DNA of 64,000 bases, from contig CAYWFO010000001.1 of the NCBI GenBank assembly GCA_964457485.1, positions 6,755 to 70,754 on the forward strand. Reading direction: 5' to 3'. The notes beneath the pieces were generated by a model, which searched no databases, was not told the DNA's origin, and worked only from the letters and a program-made list of their open reading frames with translations. Numbering within the stretch: the stretch's first letter is position 1; every line of letters starts with the position of its first letter. This DNA is from an uncultured Haloferacaceae archaeon. GTDB taxonomy: Archaea > Halobacteriota > Halobacteria > Halobacteriales > Haloferacaceae. The position numbers and the translations under genes were made by a program. Shown here one piece after another: positions 37,614-46,663 of this stretch.

Positions 37614-38345
37614 ATGACGATAGCACTCACTTACCACGGCCATTCGACCTGGCACGTTACGGTCGGCGACACGACGCTGCTCATCGATCCCTTTTTTAAC
37701 AACGCGCACAGCGACCTCGATCCGAGCGATGTCGAGACGCCGGACTACGTGTTGCTCACGCACGGCCATACCGACCACATTGCCGACGCGGGCGCGTTCA
37801 GCGAGGCGACGCTCGTGGCCACGCCCGAACTCGTCAGCTACGCCGAGGGGGAACTCGGCTTCGAGAACGCCGTCGGCGGAATGGGAATGAATCTGGGCGG
37901 AACCGTTGAGTGCGGTGATGCCTTCGTCACGATGGTTCGTGCCGATCACAGCAACGGCATCAACACCGACAACGCGCTCTCGGGCGGGATGCCAGCCGGC
38001 TTCGTCATCAGCGACACGAAACCAACGCAGGTCGCCGATGAGTCCTCGACGACGTTCTATCACGCCGGCGACACCAGTCTCATGAGCGAGATGCGTGATG
38101 TGATCGGCCCGTATCTCAAACCGGACGCGGCGGCAGTGCCAATTGGCGATCACTTTACCATGGGGCCATGGCAGGCCGCTGTCGCCGTTGACTGGCTCGG
38201 CGTCGACGACGCCTTCCCAATGCATTACGATACGTTCGGGCCAATCGAAGTCGATCCCGACGAGTGGGTTCGCGAGGTTCGTGCGACAGCCAGCGAGGTC
38301 GACACGCACGTGCTTGCCGGAGAGGAAACAGTCGTACTCGAGTGA
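37614..38345 (+). CDS. metallo-beta-lactamase-fold hydrolase (UPF0173 family)
   Basis: [28 protein letters not shown]...[10 protein letters not shown]. Start at 37614 within track ORF 37527-38345. Confidence 0.85.
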   Translation: MTIALTYHGHSTWHVTVGDTTLLIDPFFNNAHSDLDPSDVETPDYVLLTHGHTDHIADAGAFSEATLVATPELVSYAEGELGFENAVGGMGMNLGGTVECGDAFVTMVRADHSNGINTDNALSGGMPAGFVISDTKPTQVADESSTTFYHAGDTSLMSEMRDVIGPYLKPDAAAVPIGDHFTMGPWQAAVAVDWLGVDDAFPMHYDTFGPIEVDPDEWVREVRATASEVDTHVLAGEETVVLE

Positions 38346-38430
38346 GACTGCGGACGGCCGTTCTCGAGTGAGAGCGCGGCGACCGACATGCGAACGGTGC
38401 GATGGCTGTCGCTCAGCGGGGAAAATGGCG

Positions 38431-38447
38431 TCAGCAAAAAATGCTGA
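38431..38447 (-). terminator. hairpin TCAGCA-TTTTT-TGCTGA (minus-strand reading) just downstream of the small ORF
   Basis: Perfect 6-bp stem with a T5 loop on the minus strand, 4 nt after the stop of ORF 38451-38588. It is only terminator-like. Archaeal termination normally needs oligo-T. Confidence 0.3.
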
Positions 38448-38450
38448 CAG

Positions 38451-38588
38451 TCACTGTTCGGTGCGGTGGTAGCTTCGGTAGGTCATCGCTTCACCGTCGA
38501 TAATTACGATGTCGCGCCCCTCAGGGTCGTGGCTGGGTTGTTCTGGCGGTTCGTCGCCGAAGACGTATGGTGAGTCTTTCGATACCAT
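38451..38588 (-). CDS. possible small acidic protein (45 aa), below the ORF-track length cutoff
   Basis: Own translation: MVSKDSPYVFGDEPPEQPSHDPEGRDIVIIDGEAMTYRSYHRTEQ. ATG start, halophile-like acidic composition, followed by the hairpin at 38431-38447. No homology check was possible. Confidence 0.3.
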   Translation of the reverse strand: MVSKDSPYVFGDEPPEQPSHDPEGRDIVIIDGEAMTYRSYHRTEQ

Positions 38589-38665
38589 ACCGGATTACTG
38601 ACGGCATGCAACATAAATCTTTGTCAGACATTCTCACGCATGATAGTGTGGTTCAATTCGATCGG

Positions 38666-39460
38666 TCAGCCGTGAGTCCCGTCGAGTACCGATCCGAGTT
38701 CGCCTACCGAGTCGAGCACGAAATCGGGTTTGATGTCCGACGCAGCGAGCGTCTCGGCGTCGGTGACACCCGTCAGGACGAGCGCCGTCATCATGCCCGC
38801 GTTTGAACCGAGTGCGATGTCGGTATCGAGGCGATCACCGACAACGAGGCAGTCACGCGCCGGCAGGTCGAGATGCTCGAGAGCGGCCTCGGCGGCGAAC
38901 TCCGAGGGTTTGCCACAGACGACGTCGACAGATCGGCCGGTCACACCCTCAATGGCGTGGAGCATCGCGCCAGTGCCCGGACGATTCCATCCACGATGCG
39001 GAATCAGCATGTCGGGATCGGTGCCAATGAACTCGGTTTCCTCATCGGCCAGCGCGACGATGGCGTTGCACAGCGACTCGTATGAAAAATCGCGATCGAT
39101 GGAGACGACGAGCGTGTCGGCTGCCTCCGGATCGGTCGTCAGCGAGAGGCCGGCAGCCGAAAGCTGCTCGACGACGCCGTCGTCGCCGATGACGAACAGC
39201 ACGTCCTCGCTGTGCTCGGCAGCGAGATAGGCGGTCGTGAGCGTCCCGGCGGTGCGCACTTCATCGCGGCCGACGCTGAAGCCGGCGGCGTCAAACCGTT
39301 CCTCGTAGGCGGCCGGCACTGCCGTCGGGTTGTTCGAGACGAACACTCGTGAGAGTCCGGCGGTGTCGACGGCCGCAAGTCCCCGTTTCGCCCCGTCGAT
39401 CGGCTCGCTTCCGTGGAGCACCGTGCCGTCGACATCGAGAATGACTCCCTGATAGTGCAC
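38666..39460 (-). CDS. HAD-IIA family phosphatase (NagD/PNPPase-like)
   Basis: GVILDVDGTVLHG (motif I DxDG), VSNNP (motif II), GKP...VGDRLDTDI (motifs III/IV). Confidence 0.85.
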   Translation of the reverse strand: MHYQGVILDVDGTVLHGSEPIDGAKRGLAAVDTAGLSRVFVSNNPTAVPAAYEERFDAAGFSVGRDEVRTAGTLTTAYLAAEHSEDVLFVIGDDGVVEQLSAAGLSLTTDPEAADTLVVSIDRDFSYESLCNAIVALADEETEFIGTDPDMLIPHRGWNRPGTGAMLHAIEGVTGRSVDVVCGKPSEFAAEAALEHLDLPARDCLVVGDRLDTDIALGSNAGMMTALVLTGVTDAETLAASDIKPDFVLDSVGELGSVLDGTHG

Positions 39461-39582
39461 GAACGGTCGTTTGTCACGAGTCGACTAAACCGCTCGGTTC
39501 TGGCGATGAAAGCCGGCCGCTGGCACACAAAACCGGTCGAACGGAAAGACACTAATTAGCGCGGCACGTACTCGGCATAACT

Positions 39583-40362
39583 GTGTCGACCATTCAACTG
39601 ACGCTCGTGCAAATCGACAACTATGGTCCGTGGACGGTGACGCCCGAACCCCGCCGCGAAATGGATCTCCAGACCCTCCAATCACGGCTGTTTGCCGACA
39701 TCGCCCAGTTCGTCGGAAGCCGCGACGGCTACGTGTTTTTTACCCGGTTCGACAACATGATTGCCGTCACAAACGGCATCGGCCGTCCGGCCCACAAAAC
39801 GCTTCAAGAGAGCATCCGCAACCGGTATCCGGTGACGATCAGCCTCGGCGTCGGCGTCGCCGACACTCCCGTCGACGCGCTTGAGGTCGCCACCGAGGAG
39901 ATTCAGGCCGCCGGGAGCGCCCAGGACGAAACACGAACCGAAGTGCTCGCCGGGGAGTTCCTCCCGGCCGACAGCGCGCGCACACTGACGATTGCACATT
40001 TCGATGTCAAAAACGCGACCGGCAAGTACACCGACCGGCTCAACGAGTTCGATTCGTTTATCGAAATCGAATGCGGCTACGCCTCGCTGATGGAGTACAT
40101 GCGCCGAACCCACGGCGCACTCTCGTTTTTTGTCGGCGGCGACAACATCATCGCGGTCTGTCCGGAACTGTCGACCGCTGACTACCGAGCCGCCGTCGAC
40201 CACGTCGACAGCGACGTTGGCGTCGCACTCCAGGTCGGGATCGGCCGGGGTGACTCCGCCCACGAGGCGGGCTACGCGGCGAAACACGCGCTTGAGGACT
40301 GTCGGTACAGCGGGACGACCGTCGAGTTCGGCGAGCAAGCGGTTGCAACGAGCGACGACTGA
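39583..40362 (+). CDS. arfA: GTP cyclohydrolase III (ArfA-type)
   Basis: The GTG-start ORF reads TLVQIDNYGPWTVTPEPRREMDLQTLQSRLFADI...FTRFDNMIAVTNGI...IRNRYPVTISLGVG. This closely resembles the M. jannaschii MJ0145-type enzyme as I remember it. Confidence 0.88.
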   Translation: MSTIQLTLVQIDNYGPWTVTPEPRREMDLQTLQSRLFADIAQFVGSRDGYVFFTRFDNMIAVTNGIGRPAHKTLQESIRNRYPVTISLGVGVADTPVDALEVATEEIQAAGSAQDETRTEVLAGEFLPADSARTLTIAHFDVKNATGKYTDRLNEFDSFIEIECGYASLMEYMRRTHGALSFFVGGDNIIAVCPELSTADYRAAVDHVDSDVGVALQVGIGRGDSAHEAGYAAKHALEDCRYSGTTVEFGEQAVATSDD

Positions 40363-41247
40363 ATGCGTCTACTTTTTACCATCGGGCTGGTCGCGGTCGT
40401 TCTCGGGGTCACCGCCGTTTTGCTTGCCGCGTTGCTCGTGATCTGTGTCGACCGCAAACGGCTGTCGTGGCTGCGAACCGATCGGGGGTTCGTTCGCGGT
40501 CGACTTCGGGCAATCGCCCCCTTCGTTGCGGTGCTGACCGGGATTCTCGTCGTCAACAAGGGATTGCAGCCATACATCGTCGCCTTCTCGTATCGGTACG
40601 GGGTCGAGCCGACCGAGCTGTTTTACGCCATCGAGGGCAACACGGTCGCGGTGATTCAGAGCGCGTTTCCGGGGTGGGCAACGGTGTACTTCTCGGGTAT
40701 GTACGTCTTCGGCTACGCAGTGTTGCTGACGTTTCCGTTGGGTGCGTATCTGTTCGCATCGTCGACGCGGCCGCTCAAAACGCTCGTCGGTGCGTACGCC
40801 ATCAACTACGCCGTGGCTGTCGGCTGTTATGCGGCCGTTCGAGCCCACGGGCCAGGAACCTTTCACGAGCAGTCGTCGTCGGCAGCGACAGTGAACCACG
40901 GCCTCGTCGAGCTGTTTCCCGACATCGTCTATCTCACCTCGTTGGTCAACTCCCAGACCAACGTGTTTCCATCGCTACACACTTCGCTGTCGGTGACGGT
41001 GCTGGCTGTCGCCGTGTTGACACACGCGGAGTTCCCGCGGTGGACACCGATCGCTACAGTGCTGGCGACAAGCATCGTGCTAGCGACACTGGTGCTCGGC
41101 ATTCACTGGCTCGTCGATGTCGCCGCCGGTGTCGTGTTGGCGGCGCTGAGCGTCGCTGGCGCGCGCCGAGTGGTCGGCCACCACGGTGGGTCGAACGCTG
41201 CCGAGCCAGTGACGTTGCGCGCGGGACACCCGACAGAATCCGACTGA
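40363..41247 (+). CDS. PAP2-superfamily membrane phosphatase/transferase
   Basis: Multi-TM protein with PAP2 C2/C3 motifs (FPSLHTS ... IHWLVDVAAG). Its ATG directly abuts the arfA stop (TGAATG). Confidence 0.75.
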   Translation: MRLLFTIGLVAVVLGVTAVLLAALLVICVDRKRLSWLRTDRGFVRGRLRAIAPFVAVLTGILVVNKGLQPYIVAFSYRYGVEPTELFYAIEGNTVAVIQSAFPGWATVYFSGMYVFGYAVLLTFPLGAYLFASSTRPLKTLVGAYAINYAVAVGCYAAVRAHGPGTFHEQSSSAATVNHGLVELFPDIVYLTSLVNSQTNVFPSLHTSLSVTVLAVAVLTHAEFPRWTPIATVLATSIVLATLVLGIHWLVDVAAGVVLAALSVAGARRVVGHHGGSNAAEPVTLRAGHPTESD

Positions 41248-41336
41248 GAAAGCGGTCGCACACTCAGTAAAACCGACTGAAAAAGCGGTCGCACACCCAA
41301 TAGAACCGACTACCGAAACGGTCGCACACTCGGCCA
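41238..41336. repeat. 3 x 33-bp tandem repeat overlapping the PAP2 stop codon
   Basis: Units ATCCGACTGAGAAAGCGGTCGCACACTCAGTAA / AACCGACTGAAAAAGCGGTCGCACACCCAATAG / AACCGACTACCGAAACGGTCGCACACTCGGCCA, read directly. The conserved core is CCGACT...GCGGTCGCACAC. Confidence 0.9.
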
Positions 41337-41345
41337 ACCGGCGTG

Positions 41346-42161
41346 CTACGCGGGCGTCGCCCGAAGCACCGGCCGCGAGGAAAACACCGGTTCGCACTCG
41401 TAGCCCGCAGCCGAGAGCAACTCGCGAATCCTCTCGCCGTCGACGTGAACCTCACAGTAGATAATCCGCGGCTCGTGTGTCGTGATCGTCTCTTCGAGTC
41501 CGCGGAGCACCGCGGCATCGGCACCCTCAGCGTCGATTTTGATGACGTCGGGTGGCGCTATCCGCTCTTCGTCGACGAGGCGGTCGCCGGTTGCGGTTTC
41601 GACCTCGATTGTCGCATCGAGCGCGTCCGGTTGGGCGGTCGAAAGCCGCGCAGCAGGCGTCGGATCGGCGGTGAACTCGGCGGTTTGGGTAGCGTCAGAC
41701 AGCGCACACTCGTGTACGCGAATGTCGTGACCCGTGGTGTCGACGACCTCGCGAAGCCGGTCGGCAACGCCAGGATGCGGTTCGAACGCCTCGACGGTCA
41801 CGTCGGGGGCGACCGCGGCTGCGACAACGGCGTGCCAGCCGAGGTGTGCGCCGACATCGTAAACTACGTCGCCTGCGGCGAGTTCCTCGCCGAGTTCCTC
41901 GAACAGTTCGTACTCGGGATGCATCCACCGAAAGCGTTCGTACTGCCAGTCGGCGGCGAGGGGGAACTCGACGTTTTGGTCGCCGATCTCGTGACAGATC
42001 GTTTCCCGCGAGGAAACTCGATAAAGCAGTTTCGGCACGCCGAGTTGCCAGTAGAGCCTACGGAGCCGCGACCGCAGCCCCACGCGGTCGAGTCCCGATT
42101 CGAGGCGAGTGCGATAGCGTCGGACGTCAGCACGCATTACGTACCGTTCGAACCACAGCAT
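41346..42161 (-). CDS. FkbM-family SAM-dependent methyltransferase
   Basis: VYDVGAHLGWH (motif I) and IKIDAEGADAAVLRGL are typical of Methyltransf_21/FkbM. Start at MLWFERY (42161), 8 nt downstream of the flippase stop. Confidence 0.8.
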   Translation of the reverse strand: MLWFERYVMRADVRRYRTRLESGLDRVGLRSRLRRLYWQLGVPKLLYRVSSRETICHEIGDQNVEFPLAADWQYERFRWMHPEYELFEELGEELAAGDVVYDVGAHLGWHAVVAAAVAPDVTVEAFEPHPGVADRLREVVDTTGHDIRVHECALSDATQTAEFTADPTPAARLSTAQPDALDATIEVETATGDRLVDEERIAPPDVIKIDAEGADAAVLRGLEETITTHEPRIIYCEVHVDGERIRELLSAAGYECEPVFSSRPVLRATPA

Positions 42162-42168
42162 CCTAAAT

Positions 42169-43677
42169 TCACGGCGACCGATCGACGAGTTCGGCGTACA
42201 GTTCGGCGTCAACGCGCTCGATGCCGAGCACCCAGAGCGTCCCGGCGTAGACGATGGTGGCCGCGCCGACGCCGACTGCAACGCCAACGGGCCCGCTAAT
42301 GACGACTCCTTGGGCAAGCGTGAGACCGACGGCGACAGCGACGCCAGCGACAAGCGGCTTAAGAAACGCTCGATTGTAGGGAGTCATCCCCTCGAAATAC
42401 CAGACCTCGGCGAGTTTGGTGAGGTTTCGCACGGCGAGCACGCCGGCGGAGGCGAGCGCGGCACCGACCAGGCCGAACAGCTGGATGAATACGACCGTGA
42501 GAACCACGTTGGCGACGCCGAACAGCCATTCGTTTGCCATAACGACGTACTGGTGATCGGTCATCATCAGCAAATAGCCGCTCGGGCCGGTCGCCGCGTT
42601 GCACAGTTGACCGACGAGCATCACCACCAAGACGGCCGTGCCAGCGGTGAACTCGGGGCCGAACAGTCCCAGGAGTTCGACCCGGAACGCGGCGATGAGC
42701 ACGGCCACCAGCAGGCTGATCGTGAAAATCCAGCGCGTGACTGCCCGGTAGATTGCCACCAGATCGGGACGCTGGCCGCGTGAGTAGAGTCGGGAGGCAA
42801 CCGGCGCGAACAGCTGGTTGGCCGCCAGCAACGGCACGTACAGCACCCCTGCGACCAACACGGCGACGTTGTAGACGCCGACGGCCGTTGCCGAGAGAAA
42901 CACGCCGACCAACAGCACGTCGAGACGGCCCTGCATCACCGTTCCGGCCTCTTTGGCCGTCAGCGGCAGCGAGTAGTTGTAGTAGTCGCGAACCGTCTCA
43001 CGGGTTGCCGCCGGCGAGCGAAGCTGTGGGCGAACCGCGGTTCGGGTGATGAACAGATACCCCGCCACGCCGAGCGTGAGCACGCTCGCGACGACCATGG
43101 CCACGACCACACCGAAGACGCCCACGCCAGCGACGAGCGCGACGCCGACACAGCCCACGCGCATGACCGGTTTGAACAGGCGCTTGCTGAGTACCTCGTA
43201 CTCGATGATTTCGAGCGCGCGAAACGTCGCATACACCAGATTGCCGGCCGTATCGAGAAACAAAATCACGGCAAACAGCCTCAGCACGCCGACGAACGTC
43301 GGCTCAGTGAGCGTGAGCGCGTTCACCGTCGGCGCAAAAACGAACAGCCCGCCGGCGACGACACTCGCCCCAGCGATCGAAGTGAGCCACGCGAGCGCCA
43401 AATAAAACCGTCGTCGCTCCGGGTGGTGTTCGTACTGCGGGAGATACCGAACGATCGATTTGTCGCTACCGAGATTCGTGAGCAACAACGCGGTAAAGGC
43501 GAGCGTTTTGCCGTAGGCGAACAGTCCATACAGCCCCGCACCGAGAACCCGCGAGACGAGGAGGTGGAGAATGAACTCGCCGATGTCGGAGACGACTTTT
43601 CCGACGGTGTACAGCGAGCCGCCACAGACGATTGTCACGAGCGACGAGCGCCGTGTGCCTTCGTCGGCTCCGCGCAT
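42169..43677 (-). CDS. Wzx-like oligo/polysaccharide flippase (MOP superfamily)
   Basis: 502 aa with about 12-14 TM helices and the polysaccharide-biosynthesis-protein layout (GKVVSDIGEFILHLLVSRVLG..., YNYSLPL). Confidence 0.8.
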   Translation of the reverse strand: MRGADEGTRRSSLVTIVCGGSLYTVGKVVSDIGEFILHLLVSRVLGAGLYGLFAYGKTLAFTALLLTNLGSDKSIVRYLPQYEHHPERRRFYLALAWLTSIAGASVVAGGLFVFAPTVNALTLTEPTFVGVLRLFAVILFLDTAGNLVYATFRALEIIEYEVLSKRLFKPVMRVGCVGVALVAGVGVFGVVVAMVVASVLTLGVAGYLFITRTAVRPQLRSPAATRETVRDYYNYSLPLTAKEAGTVMQGRLDVLLVGVFLSATAVGVYNVAVLVAGVLYVPLLAANQLFAPVASRLYSRGQRPDLVAIYRAVTRWIFTISLLVAVLIAAFRVELLGLFGPEFTAGTAVLVVMLVGQLCNAATGPSGYLLMMTDHQYVVMANEWLFGVANVVLTVVFIQLFGLVGAALASAGVLAVRNLTKLAEVWYFEGMTPYNRAFLKPLVAGVAVAVGLTLAQGVVISGPVGVAVGVGAATIVYAGTLWVLGIERVDAELYAELVDRSP

Positions 43678-43783
43678 AGTGGTTACTCGGCGCGCGGCCC
43701 CATCGCTCTTTGTATCTCCGTCCCCATCGGAATCGCGCCGACACGTCTTTTATGTCGGCAGTCGTACGTCGTGTATCCGCCAC

Positions 43784-44869
43784 ATGTCCGGATCCGCACT
43801 CTATTTCACCGCGCCGCGAACCGTCGAACGACGACCGATCGAAGTCGCTCGCGTGGCTCCCGATGAAGTGGTTGTCGAAACGGTGGCGTCGGCGATCAGC
43901 GCGGGCACCGAACTGTTGGTCTATCGCGACGAGATTCCCGAACAGACCCCGATTGACGACGCGCTTCCCGCATTCGATGGTGATTTTTCGTATCCGCTCC
44001 GGTACGGCTATTCGACCGTCGGTCGGGTCGTCGACTGCGGCTCGCGTGTTGACGACGACTGGCTCGGTCGAACCGTCTTTGGATTTTATCCGCATCAAAC
44101 ACACGTTACCGCAAGGCCAACGGAACTCGTGGTCGTCGACGACGCGGTTGAGCCGGCACACGCCGCGTTGTTACCGACGCTCGAAACCGCGACAAATCTC
44201 GTGTTGGACGCCGCGCCGATGCTCGGCGAGCGCGTGGTAGTGTTCGGCGCAGGCAGTATCGGGCTGTGTACTATCCGGCTGCTGGCGAGCTTCCCGCTTG
44301 CCGAACTCGTTGTCGTCGAACCGGTCGAACACCGACGGGAGATTGCCCGTGAGTTCGGTGCCGACCGCGTCTATGATCCCACCGCCGACACCGAGTTGGG
44401 TGCCGACCGCGATTTCGACGCCGGCGACAACGCCGACCGCGATGCCGCTGTCGGCAACAGTGAACCGGACGAAACTGTCGTCGACCGCGTTGGCGACGGC
44501 TTCGATCTGGCGATCGAACTGTCGGGCCAGCCCGACGTGCTCAACACCGCCGTCGACGCCGTGGGCTACGATGGCCGCGTCGTCGTCGGCTCGTGGTACG
44601 GCTCGAAACGGACGTCCGTCGACTTCGGCGGACGGTTCCATCGCAACCGCATCGAGATTCGTTCCAGCCAGGTGAGCACGATTGCCCCCGAACTCCGCGG
44701 CCGCTGGAACCGCGACCGGCGCTTCGAGACGGCGCTCGACGGGCTGTCTCGCATCGACTGCGAGCGCCTCATCACACACCGGATTCCGTTTACCGCGGCC
44801 GAGCGAGCCTACGAACTGCTCGATTCGTCGCCCGAATCGGTGTTGCAGGTGGTGTTGACATACGAATGA
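43784..44869 (+). CDS. medium-chain dehydrogenase/reductase (zinc-ADH fold, BchC/threonine-dehydrogenase-like)
   Basis: Start at MSGSALYF (43784). SAISAGTELLVYRD...YGYSTVGRVV...VVVFGAGSIGL (Rossmann GxGxxG). The canonical catalytic-Zn Cys/His ligands are not obvious. Confidence 0.75.
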   Translation: MSGSALYFTAPRTVERRPIEVARVAPDEVVVETVASAISAGTELLVYRDEIPEQTPIDDALPAFDGDFSYPLRYGYSTVGRVVDCGSRVDDDWLGRTVFGFYPHQTHVTARPTELVVVDDAVEPAHAALLPTLETATNLVLDAAPMLGERVVVFGAGSIGLCTIRLLASFPLAELVVVEPVEHRREIAREFGADRVYDPTADTELGADRDFDAGDNADRDAAVGNSEPDETVVDRVGDGFDLAIELSGQPDVLNTAVDAVGYDGRVVVGSWYGSKRTSVDFGGRFHRNRIEIRSSQVSTIAPELRGRWNRDRRFETALDGLSRIDCERLITHRIPFTAAERAYELLDSSPESVLQVVLTYE

Positions 44870-45414
44870 ATCTGGGCGACCGACTACGAGCGCGCCTGAC
44901 TGCATTCGCCCGACTCGCATTTGTCGGTGCGCTCGGCTGGCTGGCGCTTCGGTGGCTGCCGCTGTGGCGCGTTCGACGCTGGGCCGCCGTCTGGTCGGTT
45001 CGACTCCCCGACCGGTTGTTGCCGACCCATCTTCGCGTGTTGCCACCGCCCGACCGCGAGTATCTCGGCGTCTGGGCTGTGCCCCCCGCCGAGGCACGTC
45101 GGCGACTGCGGTCGACATACGGCTTCAGCCAGCAGATTCGAGCGTATCTCCACGCCTACGAGCGACACGGCGCGATGCGGTACGAACAGGCGAGTCTCTC
45201 GTATCGGCCCGACGGCTTTTTTGGCCCGTGGCAACTGCATGTGCGGCTGTTTCCGACCCATACCGGCGAGACTGCGGTATGGTGTCACTGGGAGCGCAAC
45301 CCCACGGTCTCCCCGCTTGCGCACCTCCGACAGGACGGCTACAGCCCGGCCAAAGGCAAACACTGGTTGCAGACGCTCCTCGATGAACCGCTTCGGCCTG
45401 CCGAAAACCGGTAA
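44866..45414 (+). CDS. hypothetical protein with N-terminal TM helix
   Basis: The ATG overlaps the upstream stop (ATGA at 44866-44869). 182 aa, Arg/Trp-rich. No family recognised. Confidence 0.55.
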   Translation: MNLGDRLRARLTAFARLAFVGALGWLALRWLPLWRVRRWAAVWSVRLPDRLLPTHLRVLPPPDREYLGVWAVPPAEARRRLRSTYGFSQQIRAYLHAYERHGAMRYEQASLSYRPDGFFGPWQLHVRLFPTHTGETAVWCHWERNPTVSPLAHLRQDGYSPAKGKHWLQTLLDEPLRPAENR

Positions 45415-45510
45415 TCTTGTCGGTCACGCGGTGAGATTAGCGACATCACGAGTCGACACGCAACCGCTCGCAACCAAACACATTTGCTCGTGTAGGCCAA
45501 CTACGAACCA

Positions 45511-45882
45511 ATGAGCCCGTTCGGCCGTGGACTGCAAACCGAATCACTGACTCCGCTGCACTGGGCCGCAATTGCGATGGCAATCGTCAGCGCAGCCGTC
45601 CACCTCCTCATCGGAATCGAAATTATGCCGAGCGCGCTGGGTATCTCGTTTTTGCTTGCGACCGGCGGTTTCATCGGCGGCATCCTGCTTGTGTTGTTCG
45701 CGATTCGTCGCCGACTCGTGTACGCGGCCGGAATTCCGTTCACGGGGATTCAGCTCATCCTCTGGTATCTGCTGAACGATATTTCGGGCTTCGGAGACAT
45801 CGGAACGCTTGACGCGGTCGACAAGATCGCACAGGTGCTGTTGATTCTCGCGCTCATCGTGCTCTTGCGCCGTGAGCCGTAG
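45511..45882 (+). CDS. hypothetical 4-TM membrane protein
   Basis: 123 aa with four clear hydrophobic helices. No family recognised. Confidence 0.6.
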   Translation: MSPFGRGLQTESLTPLHWAAIAMAIVSAAVHLLIGIEIMPSALGISFLLATGGFIGGILLVLFAIRRRLVYAAGIPFTGIQLILWYLLNDISGFGDIGTLDAVDKIAQVLLILALIVLLRREP

Positions 45883-46663
45883 CCATCAGTCTTCTTCGCC
45901 GCCAACGCTCTCGCCCAGCCGCCGCGTTCGCGGGCTGCTCGTTGTGGGCGTGAGACGGCGACTGACCCAGCCGCTCGCCCGTCGACTCACGCTTTCGTGG
46001 TGTCGCCGGCTACACGCGGCTCGCCGCCGACTCGCGCCGGGGCGCTACACCGATTGCGACCCGTTTCGTCTCATTTCGGTCGATCCCGACACCATCACTC
46101 ACAGCCTCCTCGAATCCGCTCCGAAGTATCCACAGTGGGGCCGGGTTGTCGGCGGCGACTGGGATCAACACGGCGAGCCGTTCGCCGACAGGTCGGTGTC
46201 ACGCGGGCTCAGACAGCGGTTCGCCGAAGGCCGACCGTGGGACGAAACGGCGCTGTTTGACGCGTTTGTCGACCAACTCGAGCGGTTTGGCAACGCGTGG
46301 GGCTACCGATCGCTTGCGGGATTCGACGCGCGGTGTGCGGAAATCGAGGCCTTGTCCGAGTCGCTTAACGCCGACGGCTACCGGCGACAGGAGCGGCTAG
46401 CCACCGTCGACACGCCGCGGCTGGCCCATCGCGCCGATGAGATCGGTGTCGACATCGGCCGTGATGGCGAAATCTACTGGCGTGCGTACGGCCAGCACCG
46501 CCTTGCGCTGGCACAGCTGCTCGGGCTCGATTCGGTTTGGGTGGTGGTTCATCGTCGTCACCGCCGTTGGCAGGCGCGTCGTGACCGGCTTCGAAACGAG
46601 CCACAAAACGTGACCAACACAAGCCACCCGGATCTGGCATCGGTTTCGGCGGTGAGTCGATGA
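45872..46663 (+). CDS. hypothetical protein with ParB/Srx-like C-terminal motif; contains no methionine codon (GTG start)
   Basis: ORF in the operon frame. GQHRLALAQLLGLDSVWVVVHRRH resembles the ParB-N/Srx G-x-H-R-[LV]-x-A motif. The N-terminus is Arg-rich. Its stop overlaps the next ATG (ATGA at 46660-46663). Confidence 0.55.
   Translation: MSRSHQSSSPPTLSPSRRVRGLLVVGVRRRLTQPLARRLTLSWCRRLHAARRRLAPGRYTDCDPFRLISVDPDTITHSLLESAPKYPQWGRVVGGDWDQHGEPFADRSVSRGLRQRFAEGRPWDETALFDAFVDQLERFGNAWGYRSLAGFDARCAEIEALSESLNADGYRRQERLATVDTPRLAHRADEIGVDIGRDGEIYWRAYGQHRLALAQLLGLDSVWVVVHRRHRRWQARRDRLRNEPQNVTNTSHPDLASVSAVSR

Noticed and set aside
41238-41336. Possible mini-CRISPR array (also considered for 6190-6261)
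   Set aside because: There are only three units. The 'spacers' would be about 9 nt or absent, the units are diverged copies of each other, and no cas genes are present. These are plain tandem repeats.
43571-43783. Upstream extensions of several track ORFs (for example 43571, 16906, 12116, 19312, 53461, 58722)
   Set aside because: The extensions overlap the neighbouring gene or promoter gap and are Arg/Pro/Ser-rich. In each case an internal ATG sits exactly where the recognisable family sequence begins, so the shorter coordinates were used.
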